This document shows positions 52,810-64,000 of a stretch of DNA of 64,000 nucleotides, in pieces. Origin of the DNA: Lama glama (Eukaryota); the NCBI GenBank assembly GCA_028534125.1, contig CM052837.1, forward strand, positions 2,170,001 to 2,234,000, in the 5' to 3' direction. Both the position numbers and the translations under genes were made by a program. The notes under the pieces are model-generated. The model was not told the origin of the DNA and ran no database searches. It saw only the letters and a list, made by a program, of their open reading frames with translations. The stretch's first letter is position 1. Each line of letters opens with the position of its first letter.

Positions 52810-53994
52810 AAGATAAAACAGTCTATTATCTTAAATATCATCCTTAAAAAACTATTCCATATTTTAGTTTGTATTATATAGTCACAATACCTTTCTTGCA
52901 TGGATTTTTGTCTTAGAGTTGGAAACCATGTTTCTCTCTCCAACATGTGCCTTCTTCCCCGTATTACCAACATGTGAAGACATTATTTTTTGTATGACTT
53001 GCAATTTATTCCACTCTTCTCCTTGGAGATCTTAGAACCCTCTTTCTTTGAAAATTTGTATCATTTTCTTTTTAGACTTGCTTGCTCAGCTGGTGTTTTG
53101 GGATTTCTTTGCATTGGACTTGTATGTTAATTTTTCCAATTGCTTTTTTAGATGTTACCCTCATTCTTGCTGGAGTATGTTCTTAAGTAGTTTCCTATAA
53201 AAGGTTATGTGAGAGGTAAAATTCTGAAGATTTTGTTAGAAAAATTTTTATTTTATCTACCACTTGATTGTTTCTCTAGCTAACTATAGCATTCTGGGTC
53301 CAAACTCATTACTTTCCCTAACATTCGAAGTCTAGTTCTCTTGTCTTCTAGCATTCAGCGTTGACAATTACAGTCTGAAGTTAGCCCCGTTCTGTTCCTT
53401 TGTACGTGATGTACATGACCTGTTTCCTTTCTGAAAATTTTAGGATCTTTAGTTTGACGTTTCAGCATCTCATGCAGATGTTTGTTTCTAGGTATGGGTT
53501 TATTTTCATTCTTTGTGTCTGCTACTGGGTTGACTCTTTCAATACATAGATTTATGCTTTCCTTCTGTTTAGAGGAAAGTTCCTACGATTATACATTTGT
53601 TGCCTTTCTCTCCTTCAACTTTTGTTCTCTCATCTTCTGGAATTCCAGTTAGAGTTCATATTGGAGCCCCCACATCGACCTTCCATGTTTCTTAATTTTT
53701 CTGTCATATTTTCCATTGCCTTTTCTTTCTGCTCTGAGCACTGAATGTTACTATTCTTCTGACGTCTCTCAAGTCTCTCTTCTGGCCATCAGCATATCGA
53801 TTTTATTATTTTAGTCCTTTTTATATTCTCTACATTTTGGGAGTCGTATTTAAACAATTAAAAATAATTTCTTTTTACTTTTTTATTGATTGATTCCCCT
53901 CTTCCACTTTTTTTTTTTAAATAGCAGTCTGTTCTGGTTTTCTGGCTTCAATATCTTTCTGAAACTCATGAGGATACTAGTTACATTTTTCTCC

Positions 53995-54582
53995 CATTTT
54001 TTTTGAAGTCTAGTCAGTTTACAATGTTGTGTCAATTTCTGGTGTACAGCCTAATGTTTCAGGCATACGTACACATACATATATTATTTTTGTATTATTT
54101 TTCATTATAGGTTACTATAAGATATTGAATATAGTTCCCTGTGCTGTACAGAAGAAACTTGTTGTTCATCTATTCTGTATATTGTAGTTAGTATCTGCAA
54201 ATCTCAAACTCCCAGTTTATCCCCTCCCACCCCCCTCCCTCTGGTAACCGTAAGTTTGTTTTCTATGCCTGTGAATCTCTTTCTGTTTTGTAAATAAGTT
54301 CATTTGTGTCTTTTTTTTTTTAAGATTCCATATATAAGTGATCTCATATGGTATTTTTCTTTCTCTTTCTGGCTTACTTCACTTAGAATGACGATCTCCA
54401 GGTCCATCCATGCTGCTGTGAATGACTTTATTTTATTCTCTTTTCATGGCTGAGGAATATTCCATTATATAAATATACCACAACTTCTTTAGTCATCTTT
54501 TGATGGACATTTAGGTTGTTTCCATGTCTTGGTGATTGTAAATACTGCTCCTGTGAATATTGGGGTGCATGTATCTTTACAA
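53995..54582 (-). mobile_element. LINE-1 3' end
   Basis: Antisense 3' UTR and ORF2 tail; flanking ta(g/a)ttacattttt is a probable TSD. Confidence 0.9.
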
Positions 54583-55174
54583 ATTAATTACATTTTTGAA
54601 GTTCATTTCTGCCACCTGAATTACCTTTTGGTAACTTGGTGGACAGCTGTTCTGTTTATCCATTTTGATCCTTCCTTTGGGAAATCTCTTCAAATGCCTG
54701 ACGGCCTCCAGAAGCATGCTCATGCATGTGAAGTAGAGGCTGAGTCCTAGGGAGACTGGCCTGAGCTCGCTTTGCAGGGGAGCAGACCTACCTCCCCAAA
54801 GTTCTCTCAGTGGAGAGCTGACTGCTGGCCCTGTGAAGGCGCACAGGGTGTGCAGACAGGCGAGCTTCACTTTAGGCTGTGTGGTCAGTGCTTTAGGGCC
54901 CCCAGAAGGCAAAATAAAGAGGAGACATAATACTGAGTGTGTTCACTTGGCTGCTTACCTGATGCATCCTCTTTGGTCCTGGACATTATATAGAGGTCCA
55001 GAGTTAGCTCAGACTTGGCGTCTCAGCCACAGACTCCTACGGCAGGAGTCACAAGGCTCCCTGGATAGGTCCTCACTTGCTCGAAAGACCGTTCTTCTGG
55101 GTTTCCCTTGGGAGAGCCACTCGTCAGCTGATGGAGGTGCATGAGGGCCCACTGATTTGATGGTTTAGGGTTGG

Positions 55175-55725
55175 GTGGTTTTCAAACACGGTTGCAAGGT
55201 CTTTGACACATCTCTCATCAAGAGTTGGGGATCTATGTTCCCATGTTGTCAGTCCAGATTGGCTTGTGGCTTTCTGACCAATGGAGTACAGCAGACATGG
55301 TGTTTTATGACTTTGAGGCCAGGTCATAAGAGGCCATCCAATGTCTGCTTTTGTTTCTGGAACACCCACCTCAGCTACCCTGAAGCTGCCCTGGGGTGAG
55401 AAGGTCCCCACCACATGGGGAGGCCACATGCAGATGCTCCAGATGACAGTTGTGGCTGAGCCCAGGCTCAAGTCACCCCAGCCAGGAATCTTCCAGATGA
55501 TCCCAGCCCCAGCATCCAAGTCACCTCCAGCCAGTCCAGCACTTCTGGTGACAATGCACACCCCTTGTATTTCCTGGTGTTTCCAGTATTTCCCCAGACA
55601 CTGTGGATCAGAGACAGAGCACCTCTCCTGTGCTCTGTCCAAACCCCTGGAGCACAGACTAACTGCGCAGAATGAAGCAGGTGTTATTTCACACCAGTAA
55701 CTTGGGGTGGCTGCTTACACAGCAG
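55175..55725 (+). mobile_element. MLT1G/H-like MaLR LTR
   Basis: tctttgacacatctctcatcaagag...tggggtggctgcttacacagcag. Confidence 0.7.
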
Positions 55726-56310
55726 CGGGAGCCCAAGGCCCAAAGAGAGTCCACCAACCTACTCACACACACCCTCTGGAAGCTCTGAGAGCTCCTCCAG
55801 GACCCATGACACCCCTCAGGTGGACCATCTCCACCTCATCCCCTTCCTCCGTGTGCTCTGGGTGGAGGTGTTCCCTGCTCTGGGTCAACACATCACATCT
55901 GCTTTCTGTGCTGTAGAAACTCATGAAAATGTCTGGAGCGTTCTTGGTCTCTGGGCAATGATGGACTCACCCTCTGCATGCACCACAGCTTTATTGCAAC
56001 GAGCTCATAGACAGGAGAGGTAAACGTCCCTTCCGAGAACCAACCAGATAAAGAGGGAGATGCTCTGCTCAAAAGAGGCACATTCCACAGCCATCAGTGA
56101 CTCAGACACGGGCTATGCCTGTGCGACCACGCATGCACAAGTATGAAAAACGTGGTTGAATATCTTTTTTCCTCATTTCATGAGCTGTGAAACTGATTAA
56201 CTTTCTTCTATTTGGTTGGATAGTGTTTTATTTGTTGATTGCTTTTTCAAGAAAAATTTTGAAGTTTCATTTACAAGCAATAAAATGTAGCCATTTAAAA
56301 CGTACGGCTG

Positions 56311-56480
56311 TAGAGGAAGGGCATAACTTAGGGGCAGAGTGCGCACTTAGCACGCACGAGGTCCTGGGTACAATCCCCAGTGCCTCTGTAAGTAAATAAA
56401 TAAATTCATAAATAAACAAACAAATTTAATTACCTTCCCCCTCCCCCCAAAAAGAGAATTCTAATTAAAAATAAAAAAAA
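56311..56480 (+). mobile_element. tRNA-Ala-derived SINE (long form)
   Basis: cttagcacgcacgaggtcctgggtacaatccccag head; TSD taaaa(c/t)gtac(g/a)gctg at 56296-56310 and 56481-56495. Confidence 0.85.
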
Positions 56481-56496
56481 TAAAATGTACAGCTGA

Positions 56497-56645
56497 TGTA
56501 ATGGAAAAGAATCTGAAAAAAATTTATGTATGTATGTGTATAACTGAATTGCTTTGCTGTACACCTGAAACTAACCCCATAAGTTGACTGCACTTCAATA
56601 AAAATTAAGAATTAAAAAAATGAAAAAAGACAAAACTGAAAAAAA
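56497..56645 (+). mobile_element. Short LINE-1 3' terminal fragment
   Basis: aatggaaaagaatctgaaaaa...gctgtacacctgaaactaac...cacttcaataaaa followed by an A tail. Confidence 0.8.
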
Positions 56646-57745
56646 AGTGTACAGCTAAGTGCATTATAAAGAAATGGGTATGTGCATGTCACCAGCACCC
56701 TAGCCAATACATAGAACATTTCTGTCACCCACAGCGTCCCCACTCCCCTTCCAGCCAGTCACTCCGTCTGTCCCCACCTAGTCAACCTCTGACCGGGTTC
56801 CTGTCACCATGGGTTAGATTTCATTGCTCCAGGACCTCGTCTAAGTGAAACCCCACACTTTGTGTACTTCTGTACCTGCTTTGCTTCACTCAGCACGTCT
56901 TTGAGCTTCACCAATTTTGTGTGTGTGTGTCGATCACTTGTTCCTTTTTATTGCTGACCACTAGTTCATGCGCTTACCCATCTACCTGTCGATGGATAGT
57001 TGGGATGTTTTGAGGTGTTGTGATGAAAGCTGCTCTGACAAGGTCAGTACAAGTCCTTGGATCTAGATAAGGATCTAGACCTACATGGTGCAAAGCCCTT
57101 CATCCCCTCCTTGCAGAGACCAGAGTCTTCCGGCAGAATTCCTGGTGCCAGCTGGGCGACTGGGATCTGTCAGTGAGAGATGCGTTTTCTCGATTTTCCT
57201 AGAAACAATAAAACTCTGGATCGCAGGAGCTAACGGCGATAAGCCAACCAAATCAGAAGTGGTCTAGGAGATTGAAGCCAGCTTCGCTCCACTGAAAAAG
57301 TTGACTCAGGCATGCCTCAAAAAGCACTTCAAGGAGATCAGCAGCCTCCCTTTAAACAGCATATAAATTCCACAACCGCGGAGTGAACAGCTGAAGGTTC
57401 AGTGCACCCCCGCGACTGGCCACGTGTCGGTATCCAGGCCTGGCCGAGGGTAAAAATAAACGCCGAGTAGGGAACTCCAAAGGAAACGGAAGGCAGAGGA
57501 GGCCTTTTTTTCCCCTCTCATAAACATGTGAACTATTTTATAGCAGATATAGAAAGGGGTGGGAGGGAGTGTTGGCCAACGTCCTTAAAAAGAGCAGCAA
57601 CAGCGGGGGCATTTTACTGAATATTTACGAGCCCCAGGCACCGTCCTGATGACTTCCCTCCAGCGCTTGAGCTGACTGAGTCCCCACGCGGCTCTGGAAG
57701 ATGGGTGGCGGCTACGGGCTCAGCCGTGCCCCCCGGGGTGCGTAC

Positions 57746-58085
57746 GCTGTGGACGGAACCCCCGGCGCCTCAGAACGCGACTGTATTTGGAGATGGGGCC
57801 TTGAAGGAGGGAATCCAGTTACAGTGAGATTCCTGGGCGGCTCTCATGCCGTATGACTGGTGTCGGATAAGAAGAGGAAATCCGGACGCAGGTGCCACCG
57901 AGGGAGGACCACATGGGGACACAGGAAGAAGGGAGCCGTCCGCAAGCCACGGGGAGACCTCGGAATCAGCCAGCCACACCACACCTCACGCTCTTTTAGC
58001 TTCCAGAAGTAGGAGAGAATACGTTTCTGTTGTCTAAACCACCCCGTCTGCGGTAGTTCGTCTTACAGATGTGGAAAACTGACCA
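57746..58085 (+). mobile_element. MLT1B/C-like MaLR LTR
   Basis: gactgtatttggagatggggcc...atgactggtgtc..ataagaagagga...tttctgttgtctaaacca. Confidence 0.75.
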
Positions 58086-58339
58086 TCAGTCACCTGCTAA
58101 GCTTCTATGCCCAGTAATGACGGACCCCGGAGCCCATGCTTGTAAGCATGATAAAAAGGATGCTTTTTTTTCCCCTCGAGTAACAAAAATAAAAGGAAAG
58201 GTGGGCCAATATCTTGCGGGCGCTTACAACACACTGTGAAGACCACCTCTTGCACAGGACATGGGGTCTACGTGGCCTTGGCTGTCCAATCCAAACAACC
58301 CACGAGGTTGCAGGGCCAGGCTGAACAGCTTTACACTAA

Positions 58340-59000
58340 AAAAAATTGTCAGTTGACTGGTCAATTTACAATGTTGTGTTAGATTCTGGTGTACAGCAGA
58401 CTGATAGATTACACATATATATTCCTTTTCACATTCTTTTTCATTACAGCCCATTATAAGGTACTGAATACAGTTCCCTGTGCTGTACAGGAGGACCTTG
58501 TTTATCTATTTTATATATAGGAGTTAGGATCTGCAAATCTTGAACTCCCAATTTATCCCTCCACCCCCTCCCTGCTGGTAACCATAAGTTTGTTTTCTAC
58601 CTCTGTGAGTCTGTTTTGTAAATAAGTGCATTTATGTCATTTTTTTTTAGATTGCACATGTAAGTGATATCATTTGGTATTTTTCTTTCTCTTTCTGGCT
58701 TACTTGCCTTAGAATGATAATCTCTAGATCCATCCACGTTGCAGCAAATGGCATTATTTCATTCTTTTTTTATGGCTGAGTAGCATTCCATTGTCTGTCT
58801 GTCTATCTATCTCAGTTTCTTCATCCAGTCATCTGTCAATGGATATTTATTTATTTGTTTGTTTGTTTGTTTGTGTTGTTTAATGGAGGTACTGGGGATT
58901 GAACCCAGGACCTCATGCACGCTAAGCATGTGCTCTACCACTGAGCTATTTCCCTCCCCTTAATGGCATTTCGGTTGCTTCCACGTCTTGGCTATTGTAA
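58340..59000 (-). mobile_element. LINE-1 3' end (host of the SINE at 58848)
   Basis: Antisense 3' UTR; probable TSD aggctga(a/g)ca at ~58318 and ~59001. Confidence 0.9.
58848..58961 (-). mobile_element. tRNA-Ala-derived SINE (short form) nested in an L1 3' end
   Basis: Intact A box TAGCTCAGTGG and B box GGTTCAATCC, (AAAC)n tail; L1 sequence resumes on both sides. Confidence 0.87.
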
Positions 59001-59155
59001 AGGCTGAGCATTTTGAAAAGGCTGTCTAGGACAACGTGTCCAGGCCTTCCAGCACATCAGAGCTGTTGTCAGGGATGCCTGCTCTGCACCCGCTGGGCTG
59101 GGCCCAGTGGCGACATGGAGGGTCTATTTGATAGTCTCCTGAAGAAACAGATGGC

Positions 59156-59614
59156 CTGGAGTGGCTGGCTGAGTCCCAGCCCCAGAGATGTCCGCCTCCT
59201 CTGCCCTGAAGATGGCAGCTTACACAGCAAGAGGGACTCTGCAGATGTGACCAAGTTACAGAGCTTGAGACGGGGAGATTCTCCTGGATCACCCAGAAGG
59301 ACCCAAAGTAATCACAAGGGTCCTTACGAGGGAGAAGGAGGAGAGCTGGGGGAGTGGTAGGAGATATGACAACAGGAGCAAGAGGCTGCAGTGATACAAA
59401 GAAGGGGCCCCGAGCCAAGACACGCAAGTGGCCTCTAAAAGCCAAAAAGGACAAGGAACTGGATTCTCCCCGAAGCTTCTAGAAGACACACAGACCCACT
59501 GACACTCTTAACTTTAGACTTCTGACCTCCGGAACTACAAGGAAATCAACCTGTGCTGTTTGAAGCCACTGAGCTTGTGGTGCTTTGTGACAATGGCAAC
59601 AGGAAATGAACACA
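59156..59614 (+). mobile_element. MLT1D-like MaLR LTR
   Basis: agggactctgcagatgtga...gtaatcacaagggtcctta...gtttgaagccactgagcttgtgg...ggaaatgaacaca. Confidence 0.8.
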
Positions 59615-59974
59615 CCTGTCCTAGCGGGAAACTCAGGTGCCAGGTGGTGCCGATCGCTACCAATTCCACGCCCCTCGAGAGCACAAATCAGAGGACGCTT
59701 CAGATTCTTTTTGAGATAAAACTGCCCTGCTTTCCCCAGGACAACTGGGGCCCCAAAGCCCTGCACTCGAGGCTGTGTCTCTAATGAACCTGCCGCACCC
59801 TGCAGTTCTCCCAGCAACCCTGTGCAGGAGCCCGTGGTCACTCCCATTTTGTGGAGGGGCAAACTGAGGCTTAGGCCAGCAAAGCGACTTGCCCGAGTCT
59901 GTGGCTGAGAGTGGCAGACTCAGTCCACACCCATGCTTGCCGGAGCCTGCAGTCCACACTGCTTGTATTTTTTA

Positions 59975-60735
59975 AAATTCTTTTTTGCAATAAAATATAC
60001 CCAACATAAAAACAATCATCTTAACCATTAAAAAAATTTTTTTGATCTACTTTCTTTTCACTCTTTTTTTTGGGGGGGTATTTAGGTTTATTTGTTTGTT
60101 TGTTTGTTTATTCATTTATTTAACAAAGGCACTGGGGATTGAACCAGGACCTCGTGAATGGCAAGCACACACTCTCCCGCTGAGATACATCCTCCCCCAT
60201 CTTAACCATTTTTAAGTGTACAGCTCAGTGGCTTTGTTGAATAATGTGGTCGTTAGTAGGATGTTAGTGTTGTAATTTAAAGGCATAAAAAATGATGTTG
60301 AAACACTGGGCATCTTCTTTGGAAATGACGCTGAAAAATGATGACCTAGGTTTTTTTTCCAGTGGAGTACATCAAACCTTTAACACTTTGAATCCTAGCT
60401 ATTAAACAAATGAATAGAATAAATGAATTTAGTAAATGAATAGACTCTATATCCATTTAAAGTCCTTGAAACAGTGGGAAAAAAAAGTTGTTGTGCACCC
60501 ATCACCACCATCCACCTTCAGAACTTTTTCATCTTCCCAAACTGGAACTTCATCCCCATGGAACACTCACTCCCCATCCCCTCTGCCCAGCTCGGGGCAC
60601 CCACCCTTCAGCCTTCTGTCTCTATGAACTGGACTCCTCCAGGCACCTCGTATGAGCGGGATCGTACAGTATCTGTCCTTTTGTGTCTGGCTGGTTTCAC
60701 TCTGCATAACATTCTCAAGGTTCATCCCCGTTGGA
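59975..60735 (-). mobile_element. L1MB-like 3' relic, interrupted by a SINE and an unassigned insert
   Basis: atcttaaccatttttaagtgtacag...ttgtgcacccatcaccaccatcca...ttttgtgtctggctggtttcactc...aggttcatcc. Confidence 0.7.
60030..60197 (-). mobile_element. tRNA-Ala-derived SINE (long form)
   Basis: Exact 13-bp TSD catcttaaccatt at 60017-60029 and 60198-60210. Confidence 0.87.
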
Positions 60736-61585
60736 CGCCCACACTTTCAACTCTTGCATGACTTCCTGCTGACACACAGAGGAGCTCTGGCATGGCGGAG
60801 GGTGGGGGCTGTGTGGGCTGCCTCAGCACCCCCAGCCCAAATTCACAGAAGCCCAGGACACATTCTTGATCCTAAAGAATGCTGTACCACTGAATTCCGG
60901 GACTAAAGTGTGGTCAAACAGTCCCTGCTTTGCCCACAGAGAGGTTTACTAATTATAACAGGATGAAAGATAATTGCAAAATCCTTCCTTAAGCCCATAA
61001 TTTCGACCAGCCCTCCCTTCCCACAAATCCCACTGACATGAAAGTACACAGAATGATGCTTCCACCTCATCTATCTCCTCTGCTCGTCCTGATTGTCAAA
61101 CTGGGACAGAAAGAGAAGCAAGGGGTTCTAGTGCGCTACAAAATTAAACATACAATAAAATAGAAGAGTTGATGTATCTTGGCTTGCCCTGAACATTCCA
61201 CAATGGATATGTGCTTACGTTCTCAGCAAAACCATATGACATTTTGATTCATCACTCACAATAAAAATATAATTCTTAAAACCCAGATTCTGCACGCACA
61301 CTGACCCAGTCATGGTGATTATGTTCTACGTAATTGTTGATGTAATTGGTTTTTATTTGTAAGCACCTAACACATTTCATCCACACAATAGCTCCTGGAC
61401 GGCCAGCACCTAAGTTCCATGAAGTCATTTTGAGGGCTCTGTCCTCGAAGACCCATTCTTCCTTGCTGTTCTGGTTCTGGGGCACATTTTCACTTTGGGG
61501 AACATCTCCCTGGCCAGCCTTATGTCCTAAGTCAGTCCTTCTCCAGTATAGTCTGATTAGATACTTCAAAAATGCTTTTGGTTTA

Positions 61586-61984
61586 TAAATCTCAAACTCC
61601 CAAATTTATCCCTTCCCCCTCCTTTCCCCCAGTAACCATAAGATTGTTTACTATGTCTGTGAGTCTGTTTCTGTTTTGTAGATGAGTTCATTAGTGTCCT
61701 CTTTTTTCCTTTCCTTTCTTTTTTTTTAGATTCCACATATGTGTGATATCATATGGCATTTTTTTGAGATTTGCAAATGCTAACCGCTATATATAAAAAT
61801 AGATAAAAAACAAATTTCTTCTGTATAACATAGGGAACTATATTCACTATCTTGTAATAATAGCCTTTAATGAAAAAGAATATGAAAACAAATATATGTA
61901 TGTATATGCGTGATTGGGACATGATGTGGTACACCAGAAATTGACACACTGGATCTGACTATACTTCAATAAAACAATTACAAA
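61586..61984. mobile_element. 5'-inverted (twin-primed) LINE-1 3' end
   Basis: Antisense segment ~61587-61762 joined to sense segment ~61763-61984; TSD aaaaa(t/g)gcttttggttta at 61568-61585 and 61985-62002. Confidence 0.88.
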
Positions 61985-63588
61985 AAAAAGGCTTTTGGTT
62001 TAATGGAGTTTGGCTTATGTCCTAGATAGGAAAATGAAGTTAAATAAACAAACGAAGTTAACTATTGCTGGTTCAGACAGGAAAGGACGCCGGAAACTCT
62101 GTTGCAGAAAAGAAGCCCTTTTTAGCTGGAGAATGCTCTGGGACAGTGACATTAAGCCATTCTTCCAGCATTCTGTCCTAGAACCAGACTTCGGATCACC
62201 TTTTTTCTCAAATGGTCTTCTTGATCCTAACTTGCTATTTATTTTCTTCATGAGAACCTCTTTCAAAACAAAGCCAGGTACCTGGTCAGCACACGCAGCA
62301 GAGGACCTGAGGATTCCAGAAGCTGACTTGGCAAATTCACGTCCTGTGTACCTCAAGTCAGCCCAGGCCATTCACGTCAAACATGGGGACGCCGTGTGGG
62401 TATTTGGGTAACTTCTTGCCACAAACCTGATTGCTATTAACATTATTCCTGAACAGAGATCTTCAAAGTCTCATGCTGTCTGGGTCTTATTTGACTTTGC
62501 CTAATGCTTGATTCTGTCTCCGCTACCCCCAGCTGGAGAGTTTTGGAGTTACTCAGAATAGAACGTCTTTCTACGCTTTCCATGTCTGTCTGTGACACTG
62601 CAGTCTCTCTGGTGCTGTGGCAAGCTGAGGGGCTCACCTTCGTTCTCAGTGGCTCCAGGCATCCCAGGCCGTTACAGCTTCCCCTGCCCGCACTCTGAGT
62701 CACCCAGCACAGAAGCTGGTCCCTTGGGCAGCACCCTAAAAAGCCGGAACACTGGACGTGCGCCCCATCTTTTGTTTCCCTCCAGGGGGAGAGGCAGTGA
62801 GCTGGGGGTTTTGCCCTGATGGCGCTGCACTGCGCTGGGACGGGGTGGGGTATGGCAGGGAAGTGCACTGGGCTTTCCTACCTGCCCCAATGCACCTCTT
62901 CTTGCCCTTGCAGCCTGCGGGGGCTGTAGCCTCTTAGCTGGCTTTTAAAGTTCTCACCAAGGCAACAGCTGGCTCATACACCTGGTCCACATTACTGTTG
63001 CTAAGCTGGTGTCTCCGTGGCGGAAGGATGCCTGAGGCTTCCTACTCCACCATCTTGCTGGCGTCGCTCAGACTCTCTCTCTCCTCCTCAGTGATGCGAG
63101 CATTCCTCACTTTTGTTGCTACTTCCTTATCTGCTCAACTTGGCAGCTGATTAAAATCTCCTTTCAAGTTGCTTCAGATTGGCTTCTGCCTGTGCTGGAC
63201 ATGTCTCCTTGAGAGAGCCTGCCACTCACCACTACCCAGTGATTATGCGTGTTCAGCACACATGACAATTAAACGTCTCACAAGTCACACAGCTGCAGAC
63301 TCTCCTCCAGGGAAGGCACCGCGGGGCTCCCTCCGCCGCGTGGCGGGACAGGCGAAAGGCTGCTGGGCAGGAGCTACTCAGTCTCCTCCTCCCCGCGCCT
63401 CACAGCTGGTGGTGCCTTTAACTTGGCATAAGCCTCCCCCCCAAGGACATTTGTTTAATAGTCTTCGTCCCATGCCTTTCGCTGGCTCCTCGGCCCGCCT
63501 GCCTAGTGAACACTAGAGTCAGGATGCCTTTAGTCCATAGACGGTGTGTAAGTAGCCTTGAGATTTCTAGAAGCAGAGTGGTCAAAAA

Positions 63589-63692
63589 TCACATTAACCC
63601 TATGGGTGCTGAGGCTCGGTGCCTCACGTTAGCCCTACGGGTGCTGAGGCTCGGTGCCTCACGTTAGCCCTACGGGTGCTGAGGCTCGGTGC
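63589..63692. repeat. 35-bp minisatellite, ~3 copies
   Basis: Unit acgttagccctacgggtgctgaggctcggtgcctc starts at 63591, 63626 and 63661. Confidence 0.95.
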
Positions 63693-63928
63693 AGGCAGAC
63701 ATTGTCTTATTGCTCTTTGCTTTATTCTGCTTCGCAGGTATTGTGGGTTTTTTGTTTGTTTGTTTGCTTTTTTTTTTAACAAATGGAAAGTTTGTAGCAA
63801 CCTTGTGTTGAGTAAGTCTATCAGCGCCATTTTTCCAACAGCACTGTTTTTAAATTAAGGTGTGTACGTTGTTTTTTTAGACTTAAGGCTTGCGCACCGT
63901 AGACTACAGTATGGAAAACAGAACTTTT
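63692..63928 (+). mobile_element. Internally deleted Tigger1-like TcMar element, followed by an antisense L1 3' fragment to the window end
   Basis: Tigger1 5' end (caggca...ttattg...agtctatcagcgccatttttccaacagca) joined directly to its 3' block (tttaaattaaggt...tagactacagtat). Confidence 0.75.
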
Positions 63929-64000
63929 TTTACATACACATGTACATACATATACTTTCAGATTCTTTTCTATTGTAGCTTATTACAAGAAATTGAACAT

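Larger units (their letters stand above)
50560..53990 (-). mobile_element. Old L1ME/HAL1-like relic hosting the younger L1 at 51251
   Basis: T-rich antisense ORF1-like blocks (ctatagcattctgggt...gtcttctagcattcagcgttg...gtctgaag); boundaries approximate. Confidence 0.5.

Noticed and set aside
63589-63692. 35-bp repeats as a CRISPR array
   Set aside because: Head-to-tail with no unique spacers, no cas genes, mammalian intron.
37957-64000. Preceding SLC24A3 exon (expected GVFITKGDVGVGTIVGSAVFNIL-like)
   Set aside because: Not found in the ORF track or by eye; presumably beyond the window. A small unrecognised exon cannot be excluded.

Overview
Mammalian genomic DNA, most likely a camelid (camel, alpaca or vicuna). 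The lineage call rests on seven tRNA-Ala(AGC)-headed SINEs resembling the camelid Vic-1 family, artiodactyl-type L1 3' ends and no recognisable Alu, Bov-tA or PRE-1. The whole window lies inside one minus-strand gene, SLC24A3 (NCKX3, K+-dependent Na+/Ca2+ exchanger). I located nine consecutive coding exons, probably exons 7-15 by recalled human numbering, including a 26-nt microexon that the ORF track misses. All have GT/AG boundaries and compatible phases, and splice into one open frame of 1113 nt (371 codons). Positions ~38-64 kb are part of a long intron packed with L1, MaLR/ERV LTR, MIR, L2 and DNA-transposon relics, and include one 151-N gap. Apart from ORFs overlapping these exons or the L1 ORF2 relic, the ORF track looks like GC-rich noise. 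The most unusual observations are: (1) a near-perfect ~76/83-bp inverted repeat matching no TE I recognise, bracketing a textbook CTCF site with its upstream motif; (2) strongly AT->GC-skewed amino-acid differences from the human protein (recalled from memory), consistent with GC-biased gene conversion; (3) a ~75-bp copy of nearby unique sequence pasted into an L1 3' UTR; (4) a twin-primed, 5'-inverted L1; (5) an RBFOX/UG element next to the frame-shifting microexon. I found no evidence of a prokaryote-style novel system. Repeat family names are from pattern recognition, not a database search.
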